A stretch of 61,968 bases of DNA, the filler included, from Porpidia crustulata (lineage: Eukaryota): the NCBI GenBank assembly GCA_964255105.1. It is 11 parts of 11 records of this genome, joined end to end, with 100 filler letters (N's around TTAATTAATTAA, not from the genome) between each part and the next. Parts side by side here need not be neighbours in the genome. Positions count along the whole stretch, not along the records: positions 1 to 5,561 come from CAXUWE010001770.1; positions 5,662 to 11,219 come from CAXUWE010001771.1; positions 11,320 to 16,871 come from CAXUWE010001772.1; 8 more parts are not named here. One strand, given 5' to 3'. Positions 1-12,035 of the stretch are shown piece after piece. The translations under genes and the position numbers were made by a program. The notes under the pieces are model-generated. The model did not search any database. It saw nothing but the letters and a program-made list of their open reading frames with translations, and was not told the origin of the DNA. Each line of letters begins with the position of its first letter. Within the stretch, counting starts at the first letter, position 1.

Positions 1-822
1 CCTCTAACCCACAAAAAGTAAACCCTCACCCAACCACACAAAACATCCCCCGCAGCATCAAAAAAAACCCCAGCTCCATCAAATACTCACTCAATCTATC
101 CGTTCTATTTCATCGACCTTCTACCCACGCACACAACATCCGATCAAACTTCCAGCAACGCCGACACAGATCTTGACAATCAATGGCGGCGCGGCCAGGG
201 CTCGTCTCTATATGAAACTTCTCGGCTGTCTTGATCAGCGGATATGATATTCGCCTTGGTCATGTTTGAGGGAGAGATGGGGATGTTTGATTGTTCGTAG
301 TGTTGGATGGAGTGGAGGTTAGGGAGATAGGAATATGGTCTCTGAAGAGGGGGAAACCGGTACGGCTTGCTGCGGGGGTTGTCTACGAGGGAGATTTAAG
401 GGCATGGGGGATTCTGTGGACGCAGTGGAGCTGTATCACAACTGGTTTTTTTCTTTTTCTCTTTGGAGAGTTCAGTGGCTGGAGGCCGTCAGCAGGGAAA
501 TGTGAATTGAGCTTTATTTAGCCGGGGAAAAGGCCCATGGGATCAAATTCACATCATATAAAAAAACCGATTCATCTGCTCTGACGTTTCAAGTTTTTCT
601 CATTTGAGCGGCAACGCTGCTATTTTCAAAAGCTTTGAGCCTCAGTAACTTTGGCACTGTAGGCGGAGGGAACATTCATCATCTCCAAAGACACTGACGC
701 GGAGTGAGGATAGGACCCCGGCCTCTCTTCCGTAAAACAAACGCCTCGCTAGCTAATGGGTACAATTCATGAAAGAGCGCTAGGTTGGTTCGGAAACCGA
801 ATCTACGATGAAAAGGATATCC

Positions 823-3795
823 TCATATCTTTGGGTCTTTACTCTCTTGTCCTGATGAGGCGTACTCTTCAATTTTTGGCACCTCAGCCATCGCACTTCC
901 CTCCCTTGCCAGCTCTTTGACGCCCTCGTCTGTGCCAGCGAATGGTCTTATGTGGTGATGTTGTAGTATCGGACTGCTGCTCGCATGTTTCTCGGCTACC
1001 GAGTGCGATTCCGTCTTTTTCCGGCTCATATAGTCTGAAAGGCTGACCTTCTTCTTGACAGGACTGGGCTGGACATGGTTCAAGGTCGAGGCGGAAAACA
1101 GTGGAGGATAACTATTTGACGTGTGAGTGGGAGTCTGCAGCAATGGTGACCGGGAGACGATTGTGCCAGGAGTAGCGGTGATGGAGGATTCTGAATTTTC
1201 GAGAGGAAGCTGTGGTGCTGATGGAAGTTGGACGCGCAGATCGGCGGAGCGGAATCCATTCATAGGAGACGAAACGCCGGCCAATCTCAGATCAACCGGG
1301 ACTGGTGGTAAATCAGGAGGCCGATTGCCTTCCGCTTCTGGGTGAGCTGGCAATACCAATGCATGGTCTGGAGGGCGAGGCTTCTGCACGGGCAGATCCG
1401 TTGGTAGACTGCCTGGATCCAGGGTTACGCCAAGACCAACATCGTGCATATCGACATCCTCTGAAGGTTCCTGGTCAGTACGGGTGACCAGACTGACAGG
1501 CGAGAGATCCTTCATCTTGACATCAGGAGAAGGTGCTTGGGCGCTAGGAGCAACGTTAAAAGAAGCCGCTTTTCCTCGTTGCTCTAATTTTACCCGATCC
1601 CTTTGACAACGCAACAGCAGACGCTTTGTGAGAGAAATGAAGGGCCTCCTTGGTGTGATATGAGTATCTGCGGACTTATACCAATCATCATTCTCTTCCG
1701 TATCGGTCTGCATTGAGGAGTCAACATAATTCTGTCGAATAAGAGGCGAAGCTGTTGAAGGGGTATTCGGTTGCGATGATCGTTTATTGTGTCCGTGGAG
1801 AACATTTGGGGGGCCAGAGGAATGCGAGTTTTGAGCGACAGAAGAACCTGTTGTAGTCTGGGACGCGCCAGCAATCATGTAATGCGGCCCGGAAGAAATG
1901 CTCGGAGTGTTTGGCTGTGAGATTACTATGTGGCCCAACTGTTTGCTGGTGCCAACAGAGGGCGTGTTTAAATTGGAGCCACCACTGTTCCGCTTCTTCT
2001 TTTTCTGGGCTGGCTGATGCTTGTCCTGCTCCAGATTCTCGAAAGTCTTCTCGAGCGCGGCAATCTTCCTCTTCTCGCGCACCGAAAGTTCCTGCCCAAG
2101 TGCAATACCATGAGGAGTTATCTCCCTGCTCCGTGGCTTGCTGCGTACGGAACTAGAGGTAGATCGGTTGTCGTCGCGGTCATCGTCTTCTCGCTGCTTC
2201 ATGCCTTCACTTGCTGCTCTGCTATTCGTGGCCTGGCCAGTGCTAGGGGGCGATGTCTTATTGGCGTGACCGTTATGACCCTTCCTTGATACGCCGTTCG
2301 ATACATGGGGAACGGAGCCAGTGCCCGAAGTCCCATAATGTCGATCGTATCTAGCCAGTGCACATTGACTCGGATCGTCGCATGCGCAGCCACCGAAGTC
2401 TGCCAGGACTTTACCTACCCAGTCAATGGCATAGTCTTCACCCGCGTCGGCAGCGCCCTCACGCTTGACCTCCTCATTATTTCGACTATGGACAAAGTTC
2501 CTCATGTGCTCGTCCAAAACCCAGCCTATTGTCAGTTCAGATCCTGCTTCTAAATCGGTCTTCGTGATGAAGCAAAAGTGGTAATCTCCTTCTTCTAATA
2601 TCGTCTTCATGCTGAGATTGGGACGACAACTTCTTCGCAGATATCGAGAGGTTGTGCCTTCGGACCGAGTATCAATGTAGATCGGTAATTTCGGATGAAA
2701 GAAGACAAAAGGGACAGGATGTCGAAGATAGTCCCATCTATTCAACGGGTCCTCAATGTAATCCTTCATGTGGCCAACCTTGCCTTTCAGCTCACCCACT
2801 ATTGAATCCTGAGGAATGAAAGAGTCAATGGTAAGGAAAATCCACTGAGGCTGTTGGCCATGACGATCTGTGGATGGATGTGGCTTGTGTTGTTTGCGGA
2901 GTTGCGGGAGTGTCATCGAATCGAGAGGTTGTTCGCATCGGTGAAAGACTTCTCCTGGTAGCAATCCGTTGGTTGCTTCACGTAGTGATTGGGTATCATG
3001 AGACCACGACGAAAGGCTCCTGGTAATCGTAATGTCATTAAAAAGGTTCGCTTGGAGAGGGGTATCGCCGGGATCGTCATCATAAAGATGTAAGAATTCG
3101 GAGCTAAATGGTTCACTAGAGTACCCGTTTGGTGAATGGCTCGAGGGCATTTTAGGAGGACTCTGAGCGGGATGCGACGCGCATCCAGAACGTTTGGTGT
3201 ACTGCGTGGAGGGCCCAAGCGGGGTCATTGGAGAATTGACGGAGCTGGAGAGGCGATGACTCGTTTTCGGTCTCTTAGGGTGTGCCAGTTGATCTCGTGG
3301 GCTCCGGCTGGTACGGTCGTGGACAAAGGCAAGATCGTTCTTTTCATAAGGCCAGCCATTCGTGAATGTGACGTGTGAATCTACTACCTTGAGCTTTTTC
3401 TTATGGCTTTTTGTCGTCGTTTTCTTGATCTTCCTCTCGCCTGGATCAGGCTGCTCCATTCTCCGACTCTGTCGCTCGGTTGCGCCCTTCGCATCGAGTG
3501 GCCTGGGCTCACAGTCGGTGCAGAAATGAGTGATCTCTCGAACGTCGAGTACCATTCCATTGGCGTAGTAGTAGCATTCAATGTGCTGCCAAGTCTCGCA
3601 TCGCTCACACAGCACGGTGTTCCCATCATCTTCATTGAAGCGACAGATACATTTGATCGTGTAATCCTCTTCATCTTCCGTGACTGGCACTGCGTGCTTC
3701 GACACATGAGCAGCCTTGGCAAAGGTAGGAAGAGAGCCGTTGCCGTTAACCTCAGGCGCCGTGAGCGTGTTGGAAGATAGAGAGATATCTGTCAT
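823..3795 (-). CDS. SET3: PHD-finger + SET-domain chromatin protein (Set3/Set4-like)
   Basis: 990-aa ORF with PHD finger (IKCIC...CERCETWQHIECY...CTDC) and degenerate SET domain (GELKG...IDTR..G..SRYLRRSCRPN...ELTIGW), followed by a low-complexity tail. Confidence 0.88.
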   Translation of the reverse strand: MTDISLSSNTLTAPEVNGNGSLPTFAKAAHVSKHAVPVTEDEEDYTIKCICRFNEDDGNTVLCERCETWQHIECYYYANGMVLDVREITHFCTDCEPRPLDAKGATERQSRRMEQPDPGERKIKKTTTKSHKKKLKVVDSHVTFTNGWPYEKNDLAFVHDRTSRSPRDQLAHPKRPKTSHRLSSSVNSPMTPLGPSTQYTKRSGCASHPAQSPPKMPSSHSPNGYSSEPFSSEFLHLYDDDPGDTPLQANLFNDITITRSLSSWSHDTQSLREATNGLLPGEVFHRCEQPLDSMTLPQLRKQHKPHPSTDRHGQQPQWIFLTIDSFIPQDSIVGELKGKVGHMKDYIEDPLNRWDYLRHPVPFVFFHPKLPIYIDTRSEGTTSRYLRRSCRPNLSMKTILEEGDYHFCFITKTDLEAGSELTIGWVLDEHMRNFVHSRNNEEVKREGAADAGEDYAIDWVGKVLADFGGCACDDPSQCALARYDRHYGTSGTGSVPHVSNGVSRKGHNGHANKTSPPSTGQATNSRAASEGMKQREDDDRDDNRSTSSSVRSKPRSREITPHGIALGQELSVREKRKIAALEKTFENLEQDKHQPAQKKKKRNSGGSNLNTPSVGTSKQLGHIVISQPNTPSISSGPHYMIAGASQTTTGSSVAQNSHSSGPPNVLHGHNKRSSQPNTPSTASPLIRQNYVDSSMQTDTEENDDWYKSADTHITPRRPFISLTKRLLLRCQRDRVKLEQRGKAASFNVAPSAQAPSPDVKMKDLSPVSLVTRTDQEPSEDVDMHDVGLGVTLDPGSLPTDLPVQKPRPPDHALVLPAHPEAEGNRPPDLPPVPVDLRLAGVSSPMNGFRSADLRVQLPSAPQLPLENSESSITATPGTIVSRSPLLQTPTHTSNSYPPLFSASTLNHVQPSPVKKKVSLSDYMSRKKTESHSVAEKHASSSPILQHHHIRPFAGTDEGVKELAREGSAMAEVPKIEEYASSGQESKDPKI

Positions 3796-5509
3796 ACTAT
3801 GGCAGAAACTTGCTCGCTGGCTTTGTAGGTGCGAGGATCGGGTCGTTCAAAGGCGTCGAGGTCTTTCTCGCATGACGATCACAGGCAGCGCAAAGATGCC
3901 AAAGCTTCTGAAAGGCGGCTATGTTGATTTGGTGGGCTTCGATAACGGCTGGATTTGACGTGCGAGGGTTATCGTGGATGATCGGCCAAGGTTGCTGGAA
4001 GTGATGGAGATCTGAGGAGGGTGGTCGCGATGTCGAGGAAGAGGACTATAGAGCAAGCGCGATATCGAGTGCGGAGGGAGCGTCGCATTAACGATTTACG
4101 GCAGATCAATAGCCTTCACGTTGTTATCGGTCCCCGCGGAAGTAACTGTTGGGTGAACTCGAATCTCTGTTCAGCAAGTTTCGAGAAAGAGCAGTGCCGT
4201 TTTGCGCGTCGTGGGTACGAAGGAAGTTTTCGTGCGAGAAAGACTATCGAGGCGTAATTTGGAAACCAGAGAGATCAGGATTGAGACAATGTTGAATAAA
4301 TCGACGGAATTAGTAGGATTAGGTGGTTTTGTGCGTTGGATCGGTTGTTGTTCTACTGTTGTGTGTTGTGGTTGTTGTGGTGGCAGTCATCTAATGGTAG
4401 AGAATGGGAGAGAGGAAGGTAACCAGGTTGGACGGTTGGACTTGTTGGGTCTGGCAGGCCGGCAGACTGGCACGACTGGCTCCGTACTTTACTTTTTCCC
4501 TCTGCGAGTATTAATTGAGCCAAACGATCGACATGGAAAGAAGCTAAGAAAGATTATTCAGCCGACCAATGGGAATAAGCGATCCCGCTGTCCTCTTCTT
4601 CCCTCTCACCCTCTTTCCTCTTTCCTCTTGCCTCCTCCCTCTTCCTTCGTCCCTCGTCCCTCCAAGTACCTTCTTGCATCTTATGCAAAGCGACTTCCGT
4701 CTTCTCCCCCACATGTGGCCAAATGCCACTCTGCATATCTATCTTCGCTCTGACCTTACCTACCAACCTACCATACCGAAGACTCATCACAGCCTTATAA
4801 AAAGTCTTCGAGGTACCACTCAAAGGGGGAACTGATAGATCTAAAATTGGGATCAAAGTACTGGTGCTTCACTCGGCATTTCATAGTAAAGAGGCAGAGG
4901 AGTGATTGCAAAACGCATGCAGATATGGAGAGCTGGAGGCACAGAACTCTTAGTTATGGCCGTTTGTGTTAGTGTCCTTCTTTTGCTCTATTAGCACAAA
5001 TGCTGTACGGTCACGTTTGGTTGTAACGCAGGAAGGGATACATGTATCGAGTTTTCAATCAAGGCGGCTGTTAACATCCTGGATGACGGGTCCCAGCTAT
5101 AGCGTTGGTAGTTTCATCGTCAAACGCCCAAGGAAAGCATGATCCGACATGACCATGTCTGTAACAGAGGATTTATTGTAGGCACGCAGTGAGCTTGCGA
5201 GAAGGTTTATGCTCGAAAGAGCGCATGTGATAGCGCACACTATATGTCCGAGGTCACAAGAAAAGCGGAAGACTCGAGTCAAGGATAATTTTCTGACTTC
5301 GTGTCTGCGTGAAGGCAATCGTGTATTACTACATTATCACATAGTTTGGCAATACCACTACAATTTACACCGTTGACTCCTCTTCCAAGGTACAGACTAC
5401 CGAGGAACCGCAGAAGATGGCAGTACTGACGCCAAGTACCTATCTCTGTGCAATGTACTCGATTAGGTACCAAAGTAGATGGCTAGCGAACAATGATACA
5501 TGATGTTTA

Positions 5510-5561
5510 CTACGGTATCCGGGCGAAATGTTGTTAGTACACTACACTAAGCTCCCTGCTA
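5510..5561. mobile_element. Terminus of a TA-flanked DNA transposon/MITE, cut by the contig end
   Basis: TA|CTACGGTATCCGGGCGAAATGTTGTTAGTACACT... aligns over ~50 bp with the reverse complement of the right end of the MITE at 40740-41040. Confidence 0.75.
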
Positions 5562-5661
5562 NNNNNNNNNNNNNNNNNNNNNNNNNNNNNNNNNNNNNNN
5601 NNNNNTTAATTAATTAANNNNNNNNNNNNNNNNNNNNNNNNNNNNNNNNNNNNNNNNNNNN
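5562..5661. other. Artificial contig spacer (first of ten)
   Basis: N44-TTAATTAATTAA-N44 (stops in all six frames); identical spacers at 11220, 16872, 22521, 28166, 33810, 39447, 45081, 50715 and 56343. Confidence 0.98.
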
Positions 5662-5666
5662 TAAAG

Positions 5667-5719
5667 TGGGGTGTGCACGGGACCGGAACGTGCACGGGCC
5701 CGGGAATACTCCTATCTAT
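5667..5719. repeat. 53-bp dispersed repeat at contig start (probable transposon end), copy 1
   Basis: TGGGGTGTGCACGGGACCGGAACGTGCACGGGCCCGGGAATACTCCTATCTAT is identical to 11325-11377; contains GTGCACGGG twice. Confidence 0.85.
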
Positions 5720-5849
5720 TCCAGTAGCCTACTCTATTCTAAATAAGACTACTTCCATGCACCAAGCCGCAACAACAAAACACGAAAATAACGACCATGA
5801 TTGTGACAGATCTATACTTCACAGCTCCCAGGAAGCACGAACATATAGC

Positions 5850-7382
5850 TCAAAGGAGCGATGCAGAAAGATTGTGGTCATGAGGGTCTTCAAAGCCTGG
5901 AATCAGTTGTATAACGCCAGGCTTTTCGACAAACCAAACATTACTATCATTCCTGTAAAACCCAATTTCTCGGATCGTATGCTTTCCAAGTATCACGTCA
6001 AAGTTCCGGGACTGGTCTTTGTTCAGGACGGCAAACGTGGTAGTATAGGTCTTCTCTCGCCCCGCTATGTGCCAGTTCAATTGAATTTTGCCTATTGGAT
6101 GGATGGCTGGTCCCAAAGGCAAATACGAAGGACCGTCGTAAGTCTCCGCTGTCATACCGAGCGAGGTTACCACATCTTGGCTGATGAGATCGACGTCTGA
6201 CCCTGTGTCGTTCGTTCCTATTCTCATGTCAAGCCGTCCATCGGCTGCATCTGTATGTATAACCATCTTGAACGATAATTTGAACTCCGACTGCTCGGTA
6301 GAGTTTGAAGAGCTCTGGGGAATTATAGCAGCATCTTCTGATAGCTTGTGGGTCTTGAGCGTTATGCCTTCCTGAAGTTTGGTCTGCTCCATTGAAGGCG
6401 ATGGTGAAGGACCCAAACTCGGGTCTCGCCCAATTCTTGACAATTCCACCTGGCGTTCCTCAAGCTGCCTTGGTAGTTGGAGCGGAGAGCTTTGGACTTC
6501 AGTATCTCCCACAAGTGGATTCCTTGTAACGAGCTGACTGCTCATCCCAGGTGCTGCTTGCAATGTTTTCTGAGGGCTTCGATATCGCTCAATATCTATG
6601 TATGAGGTCAATCTTCAACGTCTCCTAGCGGTATTCATCAATGGATCTAGCTTACAGTGATCACTGTACACTTCAATCTCGTCTGTGTGGGTGGGAGTCG
6701 GCCCATGAGGCTGCTTTGTCGACATACTGGATTCGGAGGATTCGGTAGTATCTTGCGACGATTTCCTTTTGCCCTGCTTTACGATGTGTATCAGCTTGAT
6801 CCCAGATATCACAAAAACCGGGGTTTCAAGCTTACTTTGAATGTTTTGCCCTTCCGAAATGCTTTTCTCAATCTTCCAAACTTCTCCTTGACCTTTTCTG
6901 CCCATAGAGCTTCAGATTTCTTACTTGTGCTAGATTGGAAAACCCCATCTTCTATATTTATGTCAGACAACCTGTCGATGATCTGATTGAGGGAAGGCTT
7001 TATGATGGTATTTAAGTGGGTGGTGTCGCCGCCTGATGTTGACCATGTCTCATCATTAAGGTCACTGAGACTCGATGGCACAATATTGTCTGATGAGACC
7101 GGGGTACCGCGGCTATTTGCGTACATTTACAAGAATTTCTCCCCTGAGCCTATCAGTCATTCTAATTCACGACGTCGCGATGTTACAATTGACCAACGAC
7201 TTTAGGCGAGTGGCCAATCCCACTGTGGAATCCTCGGCCTCCAGAGTGGTAATTTGACGATTGAAGAGGTCGTCTTTGAAATGGTCAGAGATTTGTCGAA
7301 GCCCCTGATCGGCAATTTCTAGTGATAAGGAGGATGTTGAAGAAGGTCGTGCGATCTTTAGAGGGAGCCCTGCGCTAGCCAT
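5850..7382 (-). CDS. Multi-exon protein with C-terminal retropepsin-like aspartic protease domain; 5' structure uncertain, possibly pseudogene
   Basis: DTGSDVDLISQDVVTSLG...PIGKIQLNW...FAVL...FDVILG retropepsin motifs; GTAAGC..AG introns near 6830-6780 and 6655-6596 join the ORFs in frame; unresolved TAA at 7127-7129. Confidence 0.6.
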
Positions 7383-8076
7383 TGGCGGGACTGCTCAAAG
7401 ATTCCATGAACTCCGCAAGAATTCCCAAAGCGGCCAGAAGCGATATTCCGCAGCGAACGAGCCGCCACCATAGAGCCACTTGGGTAGCGGGAAATCCTCG
7501 TCTCGGTATATCTTTTCTAGAGCCAGAGCGTAATGCCATTAGTAGTCGCATGACCGATGACTTACGCCCTTGGCTGCTACCTCGAATGGTGGCAAGATGT
7601 TCGTGGATCCCAGAAGTTTACATGCTTCATCCTTGATCGCCTATTTTATTTGAGAGCCTCATACCCCACGTTATCCCGCGTTACACAATATCTCAGGTTA
7701 CACAAATCGAAAGGCTCCCGTCTCTAATTGGTTCATTGGTCCGTCACGATTTCTTTAAGCGTAGGTTTCCTCCTAAGGTGTAGACATTTGCAGGTCCCCT
7801 ACCATGATAAGTCTTTTAATCGGAGTTTATCGATCAGTAATTTTCTGATCTAGAAGATATATCTCCTTGCCATGCTCAATACAGCATTCCAGTACAATAA
7901 GTGGCTCCAATCCTCCGATAAGCCGAGTCATCGCGGGACAAGTCCGGAATCTACGCCCTAAACAAGGGGTGTAATTGACGGCAGCCTCCTTTGAAATACT
8001 GTTCCCAACTATCTAGAAGTCATTGAAATTCGACAGGACACAATACTATCCTAGATCCTTTCAAAATTCGTGAGCC

Positions 8077-9105
8077 ATGGCAGATTACACAAGGCTTGCG
8101 GCTTTAATTGGGACCTATCCGGAGACGGCGATATTTCGACGATTCACGAACATGAATGCAAAAGCCCTGCTCTATATGCAATCAGAACTCATGCACCTCG
8201 AGGCTGAACTCTCACACATTGAGCTGGAAAACAAAGAATCTGGAGACCATGATAAGGCCTTATTCCAGGTCTCACTGTATGACATGAAGAACTCCTGCGG
8301 TACTAGTAAAGACATGCAGTGGCGGAAAGTGTTAGAGATTCGTGAGAAACTCAAGACATACAGTAGGTCAAAACCTTCAAAATCTTCAAAATCTCTAGAA
8401 GTGCGCGCTGAAGAGTTCAACTATTCCTTATTTCGAAGATGATGCCCTCTTGAACTACGCTCAGATGCAAAAGTTTGAATGTCCTAGCAGAAGGGACCTG
8501 AAGCTCCTTCTAGAGTGGTTAGACCGTCCTGAAGGCGGTAACTTCTTTTTGCGAGGTCGTGAGGCAGAAATATGGCAAGTTGATAAGGATCTAATAGCTC
8601 TGTCCGCCCGACGGGAGGGAATTGACAGTCTTACGGAACTGATCGACACCAAGGTAATCCCGTGGTATCATCGATGGTGGGGCTATCAATTCAAGGTAAT
8701 GTCCACGGTCCTGATTAGGAACATACGACTGAGACTTTTTGTTGACAGCAGGAGCCTGCCTCTGGCGAAAATTGGAACGGCTTATGGCACTATGAACATA
8801 CTAAGCTGGTCTTTGCTGCTAATGCTATCAGTACCGTCCTTTCATCTCTACTACCCACCGCATCGATCCTCGTGCTCTATTTCTTGACAAAGCCTGCGGC
8901 GAGATTAGCAGCAACGATGGTTTTCACAACATTCTTTTCCGTTACGCTGACTTTAGTCACCAAGGCTAGGAGAATCGAGATTTTCGCAGCAACAACAGCG
9001 TGAGTGCTTGCAGAATGGAATAAACATTGACAGCAGCTGAAGCAGAACAGTTTCGCTGCCGTGCAGGTGGTCTTTTTGTCAGGGACAAGTTTCTCTTCAG
9101 CTTGA
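8077..9105 (+). CDS. DUF6594 family membrane protein (4 exons: 8077-8362, 8439-8695, 8752-8999, 9051-9105)
   Basis: DYTRLA..I...PE.AIFRRF..MNA..LLYMQSEL..LE N-terminus and EIFAATTAFAAVQVVF C-terminus; all introns GT-AG and in phase. Confidence 0.88.
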
Positions 9106-10105
9106 TTTTGCTGGAAGTTGATGGAAAACGGGCTTCTTTATTTCTATATGCTACTCGGCATGAGAGCGAGAAACACCGTGATAAATTGAACACATTAATC
9201 ATTTTTTCAACGGTTCTTGGCTGGTAACCCTAGGCCTATTGATATTCACTAGCAAAATGAATGGCACCAAATCGTCCTTATAAGTGATCAGAAGACGTTA
9301 GAAGAATTCATAAACACTTCTATATACCTCATTTACAAAGAGAGATACTTTTCTGCCAAAGCAGATTATCTTTCAAGACCTTACAAAATCTTTGATCCTA
9401 CTATTTGAACTTTTCATTCCCAATAGCAAGATTGCAAAGGGGACAGACATCTCCTCTCAAAACGATTGCTATGCTATCATGTTCAAGTACCATGAACTCG
9501 AGTTAGAAGCTAGCGAGAACGAGGATGTTTGATTCAATCATCTTTAATTCAAGATGATGATCCAAACCCACGTAAATTTTCTATGTGCAATTGTTAAGAT
9601 ACATGATATTACATCCATCTCCTATGAAATGTCCAATCTTTGGACGCCAGCGCTAGTCGTTAATGCCAAACCCTTGTGTGATGCTCTTCCTCTAAATCTC
9701 GATGCATCTATGTAGAAGTTTGATATATGAAAGCAATACAACGTGGATTTTATCTGCAATCGAACATCATACCCAATGTTTGTGCTCAAAGTTTGATTGA
9801 GGAGTGCATTCGACCGAGGGAGTATTGCTGGTACCTCTGAGGTCAAGATTAACCAACAATGAAAATGTAGGCTGTCTTCGAAGCAACAATTGACGACCGT
9901 TGTTATGGAGGACGGGAGAGAAGCGAAGGTCTCGGCCCGTGTTACACTACTCCTGCATTCTGCTCTAGTGTAGCCGATGCTAGCCGACCACCCGACGTGC
10001 CGCCTGGCACCCTGGGTTCTATATAGCTACCATGAAACAATCTGGAGAATCTGAGTACGTTCTGCTTTGCTTGCGAGTGCTAGCGTATATACACGCTCTT
10101 ACACA

Positions 10106-11219
10106 ATGTCTAATCTAATGGTTCCTCGAGCACTCACGAATGCATTGCGACAAGTTGGTCGTTCACGACCCCGCGCCCACATACTGCGAGGAGTCTCGAG
10201 TCGCGCTGCACCTTCCAAGCATCCAAGAGGATTCGTCGCTCCAACCGATGATGACCTGGCAGAATTGAGAGAGCGTGTCCAAGATTTTACTCGTAAGGAA
10301 TACGAGAGAGATGTGCTGGCTACATGATCGAATGGAGCTGATACCTTCTTAGGGAGAGAAATTCCTGAGGAACTTGCCACGAAGACAGATCGAGAGAACG
10401 AGTTTCCGAACGGGATGTGGAAGAAGTTTGGAGATGCGGGGTAGCTTACATATGGACGCCTCGAGATTAGAGAAGTTGACGCATGGTAGGTTTCTGGGCA
10501 TCACGGCAGACGAAGATTATGGGGGGCTGGCTATGGGTTACCAAGCCCACTGTATAGTCATGGAAGAGATCAGTCGCGCCTCAGGTTAGCACTGTCGACT
10601 ATACAATAAACAAAAATATCAATACTTACTGTCTCAGGGAGTATCGGTCTTTCCTACGCTGCTCATTCACAACTCTGCATAAACCAACTTTCCCTGAATG
10701 GCACCAATGCGCAGAAAGAGGGTTTCTTACCCTCTCTTATATCAGGCGAAAGTATTGGTGCTCTAGCCATGTCAGAGCACTCTGCCGGTTCCGACGTGGT
10801 CAGCATGAAGACCACCGCAAAAGCTGTAGATGGCGGCTACCTCCTCAATGGCACAAAAATGTGGATTACAAATGTACAAATCCCACCCCCCATTTCCACT
10901 TCAGTTCCAATGACTGACCTCTTACTGCCGCGAATAGGGCCCAGACGCACACACCGTGATTGTATACGCCAAGACCGAGCCCGATAAAGGCTCCAAAGGC
11001 ATCACTGCCTTTATTGTCCCCTCCTCAACCCAAGGATTCTCCTGCGCGCGCAAACTCGACAAACTCGGCATGCGCGGCTCCAACACCGGCGAACTCATCT
11101 TTGAAAATGTCTTCGTACCACAGGAGAACGTCCTGGGCGCCGTAAACCACGGCGTCAAAGTCCTCATGGAAGGGTTAGACATCGAGCGCCTAGTCCTCAG
11201 CGCCGGACCCCTAGGGTAC
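10106..11219 (+). CDS. ivdA: Isovaleryl-CoA dehydrogenase, mitochondrial (3' truncated by contig end)
   Basis: [85 protein letters not shown] across 5 exons. Confidence 0.93.
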
Positions 11220-11324
11220 NNNNNNNNNNNNNNNNNNNNNNNNNNNNNNNNNNNNNNNNNNNNTTAATTAATTAANNNNNNNNNNNNNNNNNNNNNNNNN
11301 NNNNNNNNNNNNNNNNNNNGGGTT

Positions 11325-11377
11325 TGGGGTGTGCACGGGACCGGAACGTGCACGGGCCCGGGAATACTCCTATCTAT
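11325..11377. repeat. 53-bp dispersed repeat at contig start, copy 2
   Basis: Identical to 5667-5719. Confidence 0.85.
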
Positions 11378-12035
11378 CTAGCATCTGTCGCCGACCATTC
11401 TCGCTATCAAATCTTCAGGAGGATTATTGACCTGGCGCTCCCGCTCCCGCCCTCCAATCGGCTGGGTTACAACTCAAAGGTGCACTAGCATACTCTAAAC
11501 AGTCACAAGTAACATCCACCAAACTTTAGCTGCACCTCGAGGCATCTAATAGAAAAAGGAATTCGAGATCGTCTTGGCCGCTCACAAGAAGAGATGTACA
11601 TCCTATGATATTTGAGGTGAAGAAGCGAGGCCCGACCAATACCGAGCATCTGGACCAATCAGGTAGAGTTGGAGGTCCCAACCCCCTCACCTTATTTCAG
11701 TCATTCACTTCCGATCTCTGCAATGCATCTTTGTAATTCACGGAGCTGCACCCCAAGAGTGAAGCCACCTATCAAAGAAGATGTTCAGAGGGAAGGCATG
11801 ATGTCTGGTGGCATCCGTCCTGCAAGACACAACCATACCGAGCGCACCCCCTCTTGCTTAACGTACTCTCGACGACGGGAACACTACGGTCCATGATTAT
11901 ATGAAGCATTCATGTCCTTCCTCATTTTCTAAAGTCCTTCGTAATCTACAATCTCCTTTCAAGTGAGAGCTAAGACATTCCAATTCAGGATTCAAGCAAT
12001 ACATCCATCAATTAAAGTCTTTGATATCTTCGAAC

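Noticed and set aside
5606..5617. Regularly spaced TTAATTAATTAA palindromes as a biological repeat or CRISPR-like array
   Set aside because: Always centred in exactly 44+44 Ns; an assembly linker.
6615..6617. In-frame TGA between two ORFs of the protease gene as nonsense or readthrough
   Set aside because: It lies inside a 60-bp GTAAGC...TTGAC...TAG intron that preserves the frame.
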